The notes: a model not told the origin generated them from the letters alone. A stretch of DNA of 24,000 nt from Coriobacteriaceae bacterium (GCA_019420325.1 JAHZHK010000002.1:10102-34101), one strand, 5' to 3'. Shown: positions 1 to 9,236, counted from the stretch's first letter. A program made the numbers and translations.

Positions 1-372
1 CTGTGAGCGGATGTCAACGGTGCCGGGTATGGCGACGGGCGGGGCGGCCTGCGGCGCGATGTCTTTCTGCTCGGGCTGCGCCGCCCTCTCGATTGTGGGA
101 GCAGGACGTTTGCCGAGCGATTTCGCCGCGCGCTTGGCCGACTTGGCGCTCGCGTAAGGAGAGGTGTCCACGTCCTGGGCAAAGCTCTCCTGATTGGTGA
201 AGTCTACCGGGCCACGGCCAAAGCCCGGCTGAGGCACCTGCGTGGGGGCAGGTGCGGAGTAGGCGCCTTGGGTGCCTGCTGCCGGTTGCTTTGGGGGCAT
301 GGGTGCCATGCGTGGGTCTCCTCGGTCGGACGATGGTGCGGATGCAATCTTGGGGTTGTTCATCATAGCCAT
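1..372 (-). CDS. hypothetical protein, N-terminal part (Pro/Ala/Gln-rich, low complexity); CDS continues past the left edge of the window
   Basis: The minus-strand frame is open from ATG at 372 (MAMMNNPKIASAPSSDRGDPRMAPMPPKQPAAGTQGAYSAPAPTQVPQPGFGRGPVDFTNQESFAQDV...) down to base 1 with no stop. It has no stop inside the window and is missing from the supplied ORF track. An in-frame alternative start at ATG 309 has GAGGAG 7 nt upstream. The frame is GC3-rich like neighbouring genes and divergent from glmU. Confidence 0.4.
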   Translation of the reverse strand, partial: MAMMNNPKIASAPSSDRGDPRMAPMPPKQPAAGTQGAYSAPAPTQVPQPGFGRGPVDFTNQESFAQDVDTSPYASAKSAKRAAKSLGKRPAPTIERAAQPEQKDIAPQAAPPVAIPGTVDIRSQ

Positions 373-515
373 GATAGCGACCGTTTGCGGCTCTATCGCC
401 GTGTGGTCTTAGTTTCCATCCATCTTCTGCGCAAGCGTTGCGGTAAAGTCTTATGCGCCTGTCAATTTGACATTTTCGGACGCGTCTGCGAGGCGGGTCC
501 GTAGAAGGAGCATAT

Positions 516-1892
516 ATGGGAGTCACCGCTATTGTTTTGGCCGCCGGTGAGGGCACGCGCATGAAGTCGTCCCGCCCCAAGGTGGTCCACGAGGTTTTGG
601 GCAAGTCCATGGTGCAGTGGGTCGTCGATGCTGCCCGTACTGCGGGTGTCGACCGCTGCGTCGTCGTGGTGGGCAACGGCGCCGAGCAGGTGGAGGCGCT
701 CTTCGCCGGCGACGCCGACGTCGAGTGCGTGCTGCAGGAGCAGCGCCTGGGCACGGGCCACGCCGTTCGTGCCGCCCTTGAGAAGACGCAGGTGGAAGAC
801 GGCCAGGTCCTGGTGCTGTGCGGCGACACGCCCCTTCTGCGCGCCGAGACCCTGAAGTCGCTCGTCGACGCCGCCATGTCGCCTGCGCACGAGGCCGGCG
901 CCCTCCTTACGATGACCTATGACGACCCCACGGGTTATGGCCGCGTCATGGTGGCCGAGGACGGTTGCGCCACCGCCATCGTGGAGCAGAAGGACTGCAC
1001 GGCCGAGCAGGCGCTTGTCAAGACCTGCAACGCCGGCGTCTATTGCTTCGACGCAGAACTTCTGCGCGCTCATATCTCTGAGCTTACCTGCGAAAACGCC
1101 CAGAAGGAGTACTACCTCACCGACATGGTGGGCATCCTGCGCGCCCACGGCGCCGCCATGGCGGCCGTCGACTGCCCCGATGCGGTGGAGCTCATGGGCG
1201 TGAACTCGCGCATCCAGCTTGCCCAGGCGAGCCGCGCCATGCAGGAGCGCATCAACCTGACCCACATGGCCGCCGGCGTCACGATGCTCGACCCCACGCA
1301 GGTGTGGATCGGCCCCGACGTCACGATTGGCCGCGACACCGAGATCCTGCCGGGCACGATGCTGTGGGGCGACACCCACATCGGTGAGAACTGCGTCGTC
1401 GGCCCCCAGACCCGCCTCACCGACACGCGCGTGGGTTCGGGCTGCGTCGTGGACGAGACCGTGGCCGTGCAGGCCGTGATTGACAACGACGTGGAGTGCG
1501 GCCCGCGCGCCTATCTGCGTCCCGGCGCCCATCTGTGCGACGGCTCCAAGGCGGGCACGCACGTGGAGATCAAGAAGTCCACGGTGGGCAAGGGTTCGAA
1601 GGTGCCGCACCTCTCCTACATCGGCGACTGCACCATCGGTGAGGGCGTCAACATCGGTGCGGGTACCATTACCTGCAACTATGACGGCAAGAACAAGAAC
1701 GCCACCACCATCGGCGACGGCTCGTTCATCGGCTCGGACACCATGCTTGTGGCCCCCGTCAACATCGGCAGCCGTTGCACGGTGGGCGCCGGCTCCACCA
1801 TCACCCGCGACGTGCCCGACGGCGCCCTTGCGGTGGAGCGCTCCGAACAAACGGTGAAGCCTGGCTGGCGTCCTAAATGGGACCGCGCTTAG
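516..1892 (+). CDS. glmU: bifunctional UDP-N-acetylglucosamine pyrophosphorylase / glucosamine-1-phosphate N-acetyltransferase GlmU
   Basis: N-terminal nucleotidyltransferase motif AIVLAAGEGTRMKSSRPKV. C-terminal hexapeptide-repeat (left-handed beta-helix) acetyltransferase region (IGENCVVGP..., IGEGVNIGAGTITCNYDG). SD GAAGGAG lies 6 nt before the ATG. The glmU-prs-pth order is conserved in Gram-positives. Confidence 0.95.
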   Translation: MGVTAIVLAAGEGTRMKSSRPKVVHEVLGKSMVQWVVDAARTAGVDRCVVVVGNGAEQVEALFAGDADVECVLQEQRLGTGHAVRAALEKTQVEDGQVLVLCGDTPLLRAETLKSLVDAAMSPAHEAGALLTMTYDDPTGYGRVMVAEDGCATAIVEQKDCTAEQALVKTCNAGVYCFDAELLRAHISELTCENAQKEYYLTDMVGILRAHGAAMAAVDCPDAVELMGVNSRIQLAQASRAMQERINLTHMAAGVTMLDPTQVWIGPDVTIGRDTEILPGTMLWGDTHIGENCVVGPQTRLTDTRVGSGCVVDETVAVQAVIDNDVECGPRAYLRPGAHLCDGSKAGTHVEIKKSTVGKGSKVPHLSYIGDCTIGEGVNIGAGTITCNYDGKNKNATTIGDGSFIGSDTMLVAPVNIGSRCTVGAGSTITRDVPDGALAVERSEQTVKPGWRPKWDRA

Positions 1893-1979
1893 CGTATAAA
1901 CTGGAGTATTGTTTGTACGATGCGTTTTTATATGCAACTGTAGGCTGGGCACACAACGTTTGAGAGGGGCACGGAACAG

Positions 1980-2957
1980 ATGAATCCCATCCAGAAGAGC
2001 ATGAAGGTCTTCTCCGGCACGTCGAATAGGGCGTTCGCCGAGTCGGTGGCCGCAAAGCTCGGCACGACGCTGGGAGATCTGCAGATCGAGAAGTTCGCCA
2101 ACGGCGAGATTTACACGCGTTTTGCTGAGAGCGTGCGCGGCTGCGACGTCTTCTTCATCCAGTCGGTTTCTGGTCCTCACCTTAACGACATGCTGATGGA
2201 GGTCCTGATCGCGGCCGACGCTGCCAAGCGTGCCTCCGCTCGTACCTTCACCGCCGTGCTTACCCACTACGCCTACGCTCGTCAGGACCGCAAGGCCCAG
2301 CCCCGCGAGCCCATCACGGCCCGCCTGGTCGCCGACCTCTACGAGGCCGCGGGCGTCAACCGCGTCATCACGGTCGACCTGCACCAGGGCCAGATCCAGG
2401 GTTACTTCGACGTCCCGGTGAACCACCTCACCGCCATGCCCATCTTCGCCGAGTACTACACGGCCAAGGGCTTCGACATGAACAACACCGTCGTCGTTTC
2501 GCCCGACGTGGGTCGCGCCAAGGCCTCCAAGCGCCTGGCCGACATGCTCGGCTGCGACCTGGCCGTTGCCCACAAGAACCGCGCCGCCCACAACGAGGCC
2601 GAGGTCATGGGCATCCTGGGCAACATCCAGGGCAAGACCTGCATCATCAACGACGACATGATCGACACCGCCGGCACCCTGTGCGGCGCGGTGCGCGAGC
2701 TCAAGAACCTCGGCGCCGGCGACATCTACGTGGGTGCCACGCACGGCCTGTTCTCCGGCCCCGCCTACGAGCGCCTGCTCGACCCGACCCTGCCCATCGT
2801 CGAGGTCGCTGTCACCGACGCTGTGCCCGTGCCCGTGGAGAAGCGCGGTGACCGCATCAAGGTCCTGTCGCTTGCCGACGAGTTCGCCAAGGCCATCCAG
2901 AACGTGTACGACGAGACGTCCGTCTCCAAGATGCTGGGTGTCAACCCCGAGTTCTAA
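1980..2957 (+). CDS. prs: ribose-phosphate pyrophosphokinase (PRPP synthetase)
   Basis: Full-length PRPP synthetase pattern: MKVFSGTSNRAFAESVA, YARQDRK, VTVDLH, and the PRPP-binding loop IINDDMIDTAGT. Start could be ATG 1980 or Met8 at 2001. Confidence 0.95.
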   Translation: MNPIQKSMKVFSGTSNRAFAESVAAKLGTTLGDLQIEKFANGEIYTRFAESVRGCDVFFIQSVSGPHLNDMLMEVLIAADAAKRASARTFTAVLTHYAYARQDRKAQPREPITARLVADLYEAAGVNRVITVDLHQGQIQGYFDVPVNHLTAMPIFAEYYTAKGFDMNNTVVVSPDVGRAKASKRLADMLGCDLAVAHKNRAAHNEAEVMGILGNIQGKTCIINDDMIDTAGTLCGAVRELKNLGAGDIYVGATHGLFSGPAYERLLDPTLPIVEVAVTDAVPVPVEKRGDRIKVLSLADEFAKAIQNVYDETSVSKMLGVNPEF

Positions 2958-2966
2958 TCCGATTGG

Positions 2967-3005
2967 GGCAGGCCAGGGCATGTGCCGTGGCCTGCCTTTT
3001 GTTTT
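2967..3005 (+). terminator. rho-independent terminator after prs
   Basis: Perfect 9-bp stem GGCAGGCCA (2967-2975) / TGGCCTGCC (2988-2996), followed by TTTTGTTTT. Confidence 0.7.
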
Positions 3006-3074
3006 CTGCAAGCAAGGTACAGTGCGAGTGGTCGAGCCAGGGTTGCCTGGCTCGATTTGTATAGGAGGGGTCAG

Positions 3075-3671
3075 ATGGCGGGCAAAACCGTCAAAGACGT
3101 GCCGGTTGGCATTGTGTGCGGCCTGGGAAACCCTGGCAGTGAGTATGAGCGCACGAGGCACAACGCCGGTTTCTTGGCAATCGACGTGTTGGCCAATGAG
3201 CTGGGCGCACGCTACTGGAAAAACAAGCCGGGTGCGGCCGTGTGCGAGGTGAGCGTTGCGGGCCGCAAGGTCGTGCTTGTGAAGCCCCAGTCGTACATGA
3301 ACGTCTCGGGCGGTCCTCTCAAGAAGATTGCCGAGGAGTACCGCGTGCCCGCCGCCGGCATCCTGGTGATTCACGACGAGCTTGAGCTGCCTGCGGGTGC
3401 GGTGGCGCTCAAGATGGGCGGTGGCCACGCCGGCCACAACGGCCTGCGCTCCATCGGTGAGAAGCTGGGCACCCCCGACTACCCGCGCGTACGCTGCGGC
3501 ATTGGTCGCCCGCCGGGAAAGATGGCCCCGGCCGACTACGTCCTCCAGCAGTTGCGCGGCCGCGACTGGGAGGAGTTCGAGGTTACGGCGGCCGATGCGG
3601 CTCTTGCGGCCCGTTTCGCCCTGGAGCAGGGTGTGGCTGCGGCACTTGCCAAGTACCCGGCTAAGAAGTAG
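3075..3671 (+). CDS. pth: peptidyl-tRNA hydrolase
   Basis: Pth signature GLGNPGSEYERTRHNAGF, then HDELELP and GHNGLRSI. Start placed at ATG 3075 (AGGAGG SD at 3063-3068) rather than the track start 2982, which overlaps the prs terminator. Confidence 0.9.
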   Translation: MAGKTVKDVPVGIVCGLGNPGSEYERTRHNAGFLAIDVLANELGARYWKNKPGAAVCEVSVAGRKVVLVKPQSYMNVSGGPLKKIAEEYRVPAAGILVIHDELELPAGAVALKMGGGHAGHNGLRSIGEKLGTPDYPRVRCGIGRPPGKMAPADYVLQQLRGRDWEEFEVTAADAALAARFALEQGVAAALAKYPAKK

Positions 3672-3758
3672 GGGGCTTGTGAGGTGCTGGGCGCCTTGGT
3701 GTGAGTTTTTCAATCAGCGGTTTTCTGTGGGTGACAGACGGAGCGCGGGGGTCGCATC

Positions 3759-4676
3759 ATGGCGCATATAGGAGAGTCGAACAATGCTGACGGGGAGGGA
3801 ACCGTGCATCGAATTCTAAAGAAGGAGCTTCTGGCGCAGGGCACGTGGCTCATGCGCGTGGAAGCGCCGGCCGTTGCGGCCAAGGCGCAGGCTGGTCAGT
3901 TCTTCCTGGTACGCGCACGTGAGGGAGCCGAGCGTGTGCCGTTTACGTTCTGTGATTGGAACGCCCAAGAGGGCTGGATCGAGTTTGTGTTCCTCGTGGT
4001 GGGATACACGACCGAGCTGCTTACCACCTTCGAGGAGGGCCAGGAGCTGCTCGACGTGACGGGTCCTTTGGGCAACCCCTCCAACATGGAGGGCGTCGCC
4101 GGGCAGCGTTGGGCTGTGGCCGGCGGCGGCGTGGGCCTGGCGGCGGCGTACCCCGTGGCACGCGCGCTGGCACAGGCCGGCGCCCAGGTGAGCGCCATCG
4201 TGGCTGCTCGTAGCCGTGACTTGCTTGTGCTTGAGGACAAGTTTCGCGCAATCGAGGGTGCCGATATCATCGTTGTGACCGACGACGGCTCCTACGGCGA
4301 GAAGGGTTTTGCCACCGGTCCCTTGGAGCGCCTGGCCAAGGCCGGCGAGATCGACCATGCCTTTGTGGTGGGCCCCGTTCCCATGATGGGCGCCTGCGTG
4401 AAAGCTGTGTCGGCCTACGACGTGCCTGTGACCGTGTCACTCAACCCGGTCATGCTCGACGGTACAGGCATGTGCGGCGGTTGCCGCGTGGTGGTGGACG
4501 GCCAGGTTCGCTTTGCCTGCATCGACGGCGTCGACTTCGACGGCGCCAAGGTTGACTGGGCCGACCTGCGCAGCCGCCTGCGCACGTTTGGCGCACAGGA
4601 GAAGGAATCGCTCGAGCTTGCCCATGCCTGCCGCATGCAGGCGGCGGCCGATGCCCTGGAAGGAGCCGCACGATGA
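3759..4676 (+). CDS. nfnA: NfnA / PyrK-like FAD- and [2Fe-2S]-binding oxidoreductase subunit (sulfide dehydrogenase beta / ferredoxin-NADP reductase small partner)
   Basis: Ferredoxin-reductase-type FAD/NAD module with a C-terminal Cys cluster GMCGGCRV...FACIDG. Its stop overlaps the next start (ATGA at 4673-4676). An alternative GTG start at 3804 has a better SD (GGAGG 3794-3798) and would give the family-typical N-terminus VHRILKKE. Confidence 0.8.
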   Translation: MAHIGESNNADGEGTVHRILKKELLAQGTWLMRVEAPAVAAKAQAGQFFLVRAREGAERVPFTFCDWNAQEGWIEFVFLVVGYTTELLTTFEEGQELLDVTGPLGNPSNMEGVAGQRWAVAGGGVGLAAAYPVARALAQAGAQVSAIVAARSRDLLVLEDKFRAIEGADIIVVTDDGSYGEKGFATGPLERLAKAGEIDHAFVVGPVPMMGACVKAVSAYDVPVTVSLNPVMLDGTGMCGGCRVVVDGQVRFACIDGVDFDGAKVDWADLRSRLRTFGAQEKESLELAHACRMQAAADALEGAAR

Positions 4677-6133
4677 GCCAGCTGCAAGAGGGCGCCGCTG
4701 TGCCCGAGCGTTACAAGCCCAATGCGAAGGCGCCCCGCACGCCTGCACGCGAGGTCGCCCCGCAGGAGCGTGTGCAGGGCTTTATGCCCGTTGACCTGGG
4801 ATATACCGATGACGACGCCGTGCTCGAGGCGAACCGCTGCCTGGATTGCGCCCGCCCTTTGTGCGTGCAGGGCTGTCCTGTGGGCGTCGATATCCCCCAT
4901 TTCATCGAGGCCATCCGTGCCCGCGACTGGGAGCGCGGCCTGGACATCGTGCGCCGCGACAACCTGCTGCCGAGCGTGTGTGGCCGCGTGTGCCCGCAGG
5001 AGACGCAGTGCGAAGGTGCCTGCGTGCTCGCCAAGCGCGGCAACCCCATCGCCATCGGCCAGCTCGAGCGCTTCCTGGGCGACAAGGCCGACGAGCTTGC
5101 GGGCGGGGCTGCGGCCGATTCTGGCGCGTCTGAGGCCAACGCTGCGGGCGTTGCCCCGCGTCGCGTCGCGGTTGTGGGCAGCGGTCCTGCCGGCATTACC
5201 TGCGCCTTTGAGCTTGCGCGCGCTGGCGTAGAGGTCACCATCTTCGACTCGCTGTTCCGTTTGGGCGGCGTGCTTGTGTACGGCATCCCGGAGTTCCGCC
5301 TTCCCAAGGCCGTCGTTGCCCGCGAGCTTGAGGCCCTGGAGGCGCTCGGTGTGCGCGTGGAGACCAACATGGTCGCCGGCCGTACCTTCACAGTCGACGA
5401 GCTGCTCGGCGAGCGCGGCTTCGACGCCGTGTTCATCGGCGTGGGCGCGGGCCTTCCCAAGATGCTTGGTGTGCCTGGCGAGAACGCATGCGGCGTGATG
5501 TGCGCCAACGAGTACCTCACGCGCGTGAACCTCATGCGTGCCTATGACTTCCCGCAGGTAGATACTCCTGTGCGTCCTGGCAAGAACGTCGTCGTCTTCG
5601 GCGGCGGCAACGTCGCCATGGACGCGGCCCGCACGGCGCTTCGTCTGGGAGCCGAGACGGTCACGCTGTGCTATCGCCGTACCGAGGCCGAGATGCCCGC
5701 TCGCAGGGCCGAGATCGAGCATGCCAAGGCTGAGGGCGTGCGTCTCATGGAGCTCGTGGGTCCGCTTGGCTTCGAGGCTGACGAAGCCGGCAACGTGTGC
5801 GCCGCCCGCCTGCAGCGCATGGAGCTTGGCGAGCCTGACGAGGGTGGCCGTCGCCGCCCCGTGGCGCTTACGGGGCAGGACGCCATCGCGCAGATCCCCT
5901 GCGACCTGGCCATCACGGCCATCGGCACGAACGCCTGCCCGCTCGTGGGGGCCATGGCTCCCAGTGTCGCGCTCAACCGCTGGGGCTACATCGAGGCCGA
6001 CGAGGACGGGCGCACCAGCCAGCCGGGCGTGTGGGCCGGCGGCGACATCGTGACCGGCGCGGCTACCGTCATCCTTGCGATGGGTGCCGGAAAGCGCAGT
6101 GCGCACAGCATTCTCGAGTCCTTTGAGGCCTAG
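4673..6133 (+). CDS. nfnB: NfnB / GltD-family NADPH-dependent oxidoreductase (glutamate synthase small-chain-like, 2x[4Fe-4S] + FAD)
   Basis: N-terminal Fe-S motifs CLDCARPLCVQGCP and CGRVCPQETQCEGAC. Dinucleotide folds VAVVGSGPAG and VVFGGGNVAMD. C-terminal VWAGGD. Translationally coupled to the upstream subunit. Confidence 0.85.
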   Translation: MSQLQEGAAVPERYKPNAKAPRTPAREVAPQERVQGFMPVDLGYTDDDAVLEANRCLDCARPLCVQGCPVGVDIPHFIEAIRARDWERGLDIVRRDNLLPSVCGRVCPQETQCEGACVLAKRGNPIAIGQLERFLGDKADELAGGAAADSGASEANAAGVAPRRVAVVGSGPAGITCAFELARAGVEVTIFDSLFRLGGVLVYGIPEFRLPKAVVARELEALEALGVRVETNMVAGRTFTVDELLGERGFDAVFIGVGAGLPKMLGVPGENACGVMCANEYLTRVNLMRAYDFPQVDTPVRPGKNVVVFGGGNVAMDAARTALRLGAETVTLCYRRTEAEMPARRAEIEHAKAEGVRLMELVGPLGFEADEAGNVCAARLQRMELGEPDEGGRRRPVALTGQDAIAQIPCDLAITAIGTNACPLVGAMAPSVALNRWGYIEADEDGRTSQPGVWAGGDIVTGAATVILAMGAGKRSAHSILESFEA

Positions 6134-6164
6134 TTTCTAAAACACAAAACACCTGGTAGAGTGC

Positions 6165-6230
6165 GGTCGCGTCGCGGTTAAGCTTTTTTGGGAGCAGCCC
6201 AGACAAGCTTTGCGGACGCGACCTTTTTGT
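6165..6230 (+). terminator. probable terminator hairpin after nfnB
   Basis: GGTCGCGTC (6165-6173) pairs with GACGCGACC (6215-6223). There is an internal AAGCTT/AAGCTT helix, followed by TTTTTGT. The loop is long, hence moderate confidence. Confidence 0.55.
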
Positions 6231-6320
6231 CAAAAGCCGAGTCGCATCGCCGACGCAATCCGGCCCCGGCAGTCGTAGAATGGTATCCGACTGTCCGCAA
6301 TGTAAGGGGAGGTTTTAGCT

Positions 6321-7724
6321 GTGAACCGTACAACCGTCGCCAGCATCTTCGCTAACTCCGAAAGCCTGGGGGGAACCACGCTGACCGTGGCGGGATGGGC
6401 GCGCTCCATCCGTGACTCCAAGGCCGTGGGATTCGTCGCCCTCAACGACGGCAGCTGCTTCAACAACCTTCAGGTCGTCCTGAGCCGCGACGTCCTGTCC
6501 AACTACGACGAGATTGTCGCGCAGAACGTGGGCACCGCCTTCGTTGTGACCGGTGAGCTTGTGCTGACGCCCGGCGCCCAGCAGCCCTTCGAGCTCAAGG
6601 CGCTCTCCATCGAGGTCGAGGGCCCCTCTGCTCCCGACTACCCGCTGCAGAAGAAGCGCCACACCGTCGAGTTTCTGCGCACCATCCAGCATCTGCGCCC
6701 CCGCACCAACCTGTTCAGCGCCGTGTTCCGCGTGCGCTCCGTGGCCGCCTTCGCTATCCACTCCTTCTTCCAGGAGCGCGGCTTCGTCTATGTGAACACG
6801 CCCATCATCACCGCCAGCGACTGCGAGGGTGCCGGCGAGATGTTCCATGTGACCACGATCGACCCGGCCAACCCGCCGCTCGACGACCACGGCAACGTCG
6901 ACTACAGCCAGGACTTCTTCGGCAAGGCCGCCAATCTCACGGTGTCGGGCCAGCTCCAGGCCGAGAACTTCGCCATGGCGTTCGGCGACGTCTACACTTT
7001 TGGCCCGACGTTCCGCGCCGAGAACTCCAACACGCAGCGCCATGCCGCCGAGTTCTGGATGGTGGAGCCCGAGATTGCTTTCGCCGACCTCGAGGACGAC
7101 ATGAACCTCGCCGAGGACATGCTCAAGTACGTCATCCGCTACGTCATGGATCACTGCCCCGACGAGCTCAACTTCTTCAACTCCTTCGTCGACAAGGGCC
7201 TCATCGAGCGCCTCGAGCATGTGGCTTCCAGCGATTTCGGTCGCATCAGCTACACCGACGCCGTCAAGGTCCTCGAAGAGGCTGTTGCCGGCGGCCATGA
7301 GTTCGAGTACCCGGTGTACTGGGGCTGCGACCTGGCCACCGAGCATGAGCGCTTCCTCACCGAGCAGCACTTCAAGCGTCCCGTCTTCGTGACCGACTAT
7401 CCCGCCGAGATCAAGGCGTTCTACATGCGCATGAACGACGACGGCAAGACCGTCGCGGCCACCGACTGCCTGGTGCCCGGCATCGGCGAGATCATCGGCG
7501 GCTCGCAGCGTGAGGAGCGCCTCGAGCTGCTTGAGAAGCGCATCACCGACCTGGGCATGAACCCCGAGCAGTACAAGTACTACCTCGACCTGCGCCGTTA
7601 CGGCAGCTGCAAGCACGCGGGCTTCGGCCTGGGCTTCGAGCGCCTCGTGATGTACCTCACGGGCGTGTCGAACATCCGCGACGTGCTGCCGCACCCCCGC
7701 ACCGTGGGCAACGCGGATTTCTAA
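6321..7724 (+). CDS. asnS: asparagine--tRNA ligase
   Basis: Class IIb aaRS with the AsnRS-typical [21 protein letters not shown] block, an N-terminal OB-fold region, and C-terminal [12 protein letters not shown] start with GGGGAGG SD. Confidence 0.93.
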   Translation: MNRTTVASIFANSESLGGTTLTVAGWARSIRDSKAVGFVALNDGSCFNNLQVVLSRDVLSNYDEIVAQNVGTAFVVTGELVLTPGAQQPFELKALSIEVEGPSAPDYPLQKKRHTVEFLRTIQHLRPRTNLFSAVFRVRSVAAFAIHSFFQERGFVYVNTPIITASDCEGAGEMFHVTTIDPANPPLDDHGNVDYSQDFFGKAANLTVSGQLQAENFAMAFGDVYTFGPTFRAENSNTQRHAAEFWMVEPEIAFADLEDDMNLAEDMLKYVIRYVMDHCPDELNFFNSFVDKGLIERLEHVASSDFGRISYTDAVKVLEEAVAGGHEFEYPVYWGCDLATEHERFLTEQHFKRPVFVTDYPAEIKAFYMRMNDDGKTVAATDCLVPGIGEIIGGSQREERLELLEKRITDLGMNPEQYKYYLDLRRYGSCKHAGFGLGFERLVMYLTGVSNIRDVLPHPRTVGNADF

Positions 7725-7867
7725 GGAACGAGCGCAAGACGCCGCACCGGCGTCACATGAGAGATTACGCGCGCGGCGTGCCATCGGGTGCGCCCCGCGG
7801 TATAGTCTTCTGCGTGCTTGGCCACGATAGCCCCCAACCTGTTTTTGCTTCGCCTTAAAGGAGTCTT

Positions 7868-8515
7868 ATGCGCATCATCGCAGGCAGTGCCCGCGGCAGG
7901 GAGATCTCGGCCCCCAAGGGGCTCGAGACGCGCCCTGTGACCGACATCATCCGTGAGTCGCTCTTCAACATCTGGCAGTTCGACGTGGAAGGGGCTGACT
8001 TCCTCGACCTCTTCAGCGGCAGCGGCTGCATGGGCCTGGAGGCCCTCTCCCGCGGCGCCAACCGTGCCGTGATGGTGGACGCAGGCTCCGACCAGGTGCG
8101 TGTCATCCGTGCCAACCTCAAGAAGACGGGCCTGGACAAGTGCCATGCCGAGGTCGTGCGCGACGACGTGTTCCGCGTCATCGGCCATCTGGGCCGCACG
8201 CACCAGACCTTCGACATCGTGTACCTCGACCCGCCCTTCACGGTGGATGAGATCTTCATCCCTGTCATGGAGGCCCTGGCCGACGGCGCCCTGCTCGCCG
8301 AGGGCGGCACGGTCGCCATCCGCACGCGCGACCGCAAGGAGATGCCCGACGACTTCGGCGTGCTGCACAAGGTGCGCCTGAAGCGCTACGGCAGCTCTAC
8401 GGTGCACTTCTACGAGCGTGTGGACGAGGAGTCGCAGGGCGAGCCTGAGACCACATCTGAGGACGCTCAGGGTGACGGTGACCCCGCAGCACAGGAGCGC
8501 AGCCAGGATGCATAG
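7868..8515 (+). CDS. rsmD: 16S rRNA (guanine966-N2)-methyltransferase RsmD, with an acidic C-terminal tail
   Basis: MRIIAGSARGR...RPVTD N-terminus, SAM motif LDLFSGSGCMGLEALSRGA, and catalytic DPPF (VYLDPPF). SD AAAGGAG precedes the ATG. The last ~30 residues are low-complexity acidic (DEESQGEPETTSEDAQGDGDPAAQERSQDA). Confidence 0.88.
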   Translation: MRIIAGSARGREISAPKGLETRPVTDIIRESLFNIWQFDVEGADFLDLFSGSGCMGLEALSRGANRAVMVDAGSDQVRVIRANLKKTGLDKCHAEVVRDDVFRVIGHLGRTHQTFDIVYLDPPFTVDEIFIPVMEALADGALLAEGGTVAIRTRDRKEMPDDFGVLHKVRLKRYGSSTVHFYERVDEESQGEPETTSEDAQGDGDPAAQERSQDA

Positions 8516-9044
8516 GCAGATGCGTCGCATCAAGCAGCGGCTGAGCCAAGAGGCGGCCGTGCAGGTCATACGCGAGGCGACCTCAGGTGTGTTGGCACTT
8601 GAGGGTGACGACGGCTATCCGTACGCCGTACCCATCAGCCATGTCTGGACTGACGAATGCCTGGGCGGCGAAGATGAGTTCATCGGCCGCATCTATTTTC
8701 ACAGTGCTCGCGAGGGCTACAAGATCGACTCCATCATGGACAGCGAGAAGGCGTCGTTTGCCGTGGTGGTGCGCGACGAGATCGTGCCCGAGGAGTACAC
8801 CACCAACTATAAGAGCGCCATTGCCACAGGGCGCGTGCACGTGCTTGAAGACGACGAGGAGCGCCTGCGCGGCCTTCGTGTCTTGGCCGAGAAGTACAAT
8901 CCTGGTCAGCAGGAAAGCGCCGAAAAGGAGATCGCCGGTGCATTCGACCGGGTGGCCGTCATTGCCTTCGAGGTGGAGGAGCTTTCTGGCAAACAGGGGC
9001 GCATGCTTGCGGACCGCGAGGCGCAGGCTTCGAACGCTGAGTAG
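8508..9044 (+). CDS. pyridoxamine 5'-phosphate oxidase family (NimA/COG3467-like) FMN-binding protein
   Basis: The N-terminus MRRIKQRLSQEAAVQVIREATSGVLALEGDDGYPYAVPISHVW matches the split-barrel PNPOx-like family pattern. Start is ATG 8508 (8-nt overlap with the rsmD stop) or ATG 8520. The track start 8418 lies inside rsmD. Confidence 0.72.
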   Translation: MHRQMRRIKQRLSQEAAVQVIREATSGVLALEGDDGYPYAVPISHVWTDECLGGEDEFIGRIYFHSAREGYKIDSIMDSEKASFAVVVRDEIVPEEYTTNYKSAIATGRVHVLEDDEERLRGLRVLAEKYNPGQQESAEKEIAGAFDRVAVIAFEVEELSGKQGRMLADREAQASNAE

Positions 9045-9092
9045 GCGGGGGATTACAAGTTGTGGTCAACCCATGAAGTAACGATGTCTTCG

Positions 9093-9121
9093 TTGACCTG
9101 AAACATGTAAAGCCCTATATT
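9093..9121 (+). promoter_or_regulatory. sigma70-type promoter for the tRNA gene
   Basis: TTGACC (9093-9098), a 17-nt spacer, then TATATT (9116-9121), about 28 nt upstream of the tRNA 5' end. Confidence 0.55.
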
Positions 9122-9149
9122 TATTTCTTGCCGAAAGGCACTCTCCAAT

Positions 9150-9226
9150 TGCGGGATGGAGCAGTCTGGTAGCTCGCCGGGCTCATAACCCGGAGGTCGT
9201 CGGTTCAAATCCGGCTCCCGCGACCA
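9150..9226 (+). tRNA. tRNA-Met (CAU), initiator type
   Basis: 77-nt cloverleaf with encoded CCA. Anticodon arm CCGGG-CTCATAA-CCCGG has the three consecutive G:C pairs typical of initiators, plus an A11:U24 pair. It is near-identical, from memory, to E. coli tRNA-fMet except at 1:72 and a few stem positions. Confidence 0.9.
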
Positions 9227-9236
9227 AGAAACTTCA

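Noticed and set aside
462-3713. Very long ORFs antisense to annotated genes: 462-3713 -, 4415-6106 -, 6315-7784 -, 7721-8569 -, 9337-11481 +, 12154-13869 +, 16311-18209 -, 19127-21172 +.
   Set aside because: Their translations are Ala/Gly/Arg/His/Val-rich low-complexity sequences with no family motifs. Each lies exactly opposite a gene with clear conserved motifs. These are typical stop-poor shadow frames of GC-rich DNA.
3672-3758. Terminator between pth and the NfnA-like gene (T-run at about 3706-3710).
   Set aside because: No convincing stem precedes the T-run; the nearby TGTGAG copies are direct, not inverted, repeats.
6134-6320. T-box or other riboswitch leader upstream of asnS.
   Set aside because: The region is short and mostly occupied by the upstream terminator hairpin. 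No specifier-loop or T-box consensus (AGAGA...GGTGGTACCGCG-like) was seen.
7738-7754. Hairpin GACGCC-gcacc-GGCGTC after asnS as a terminator.
   Set aside because: It has only 6 bp and no downstream U-tract.
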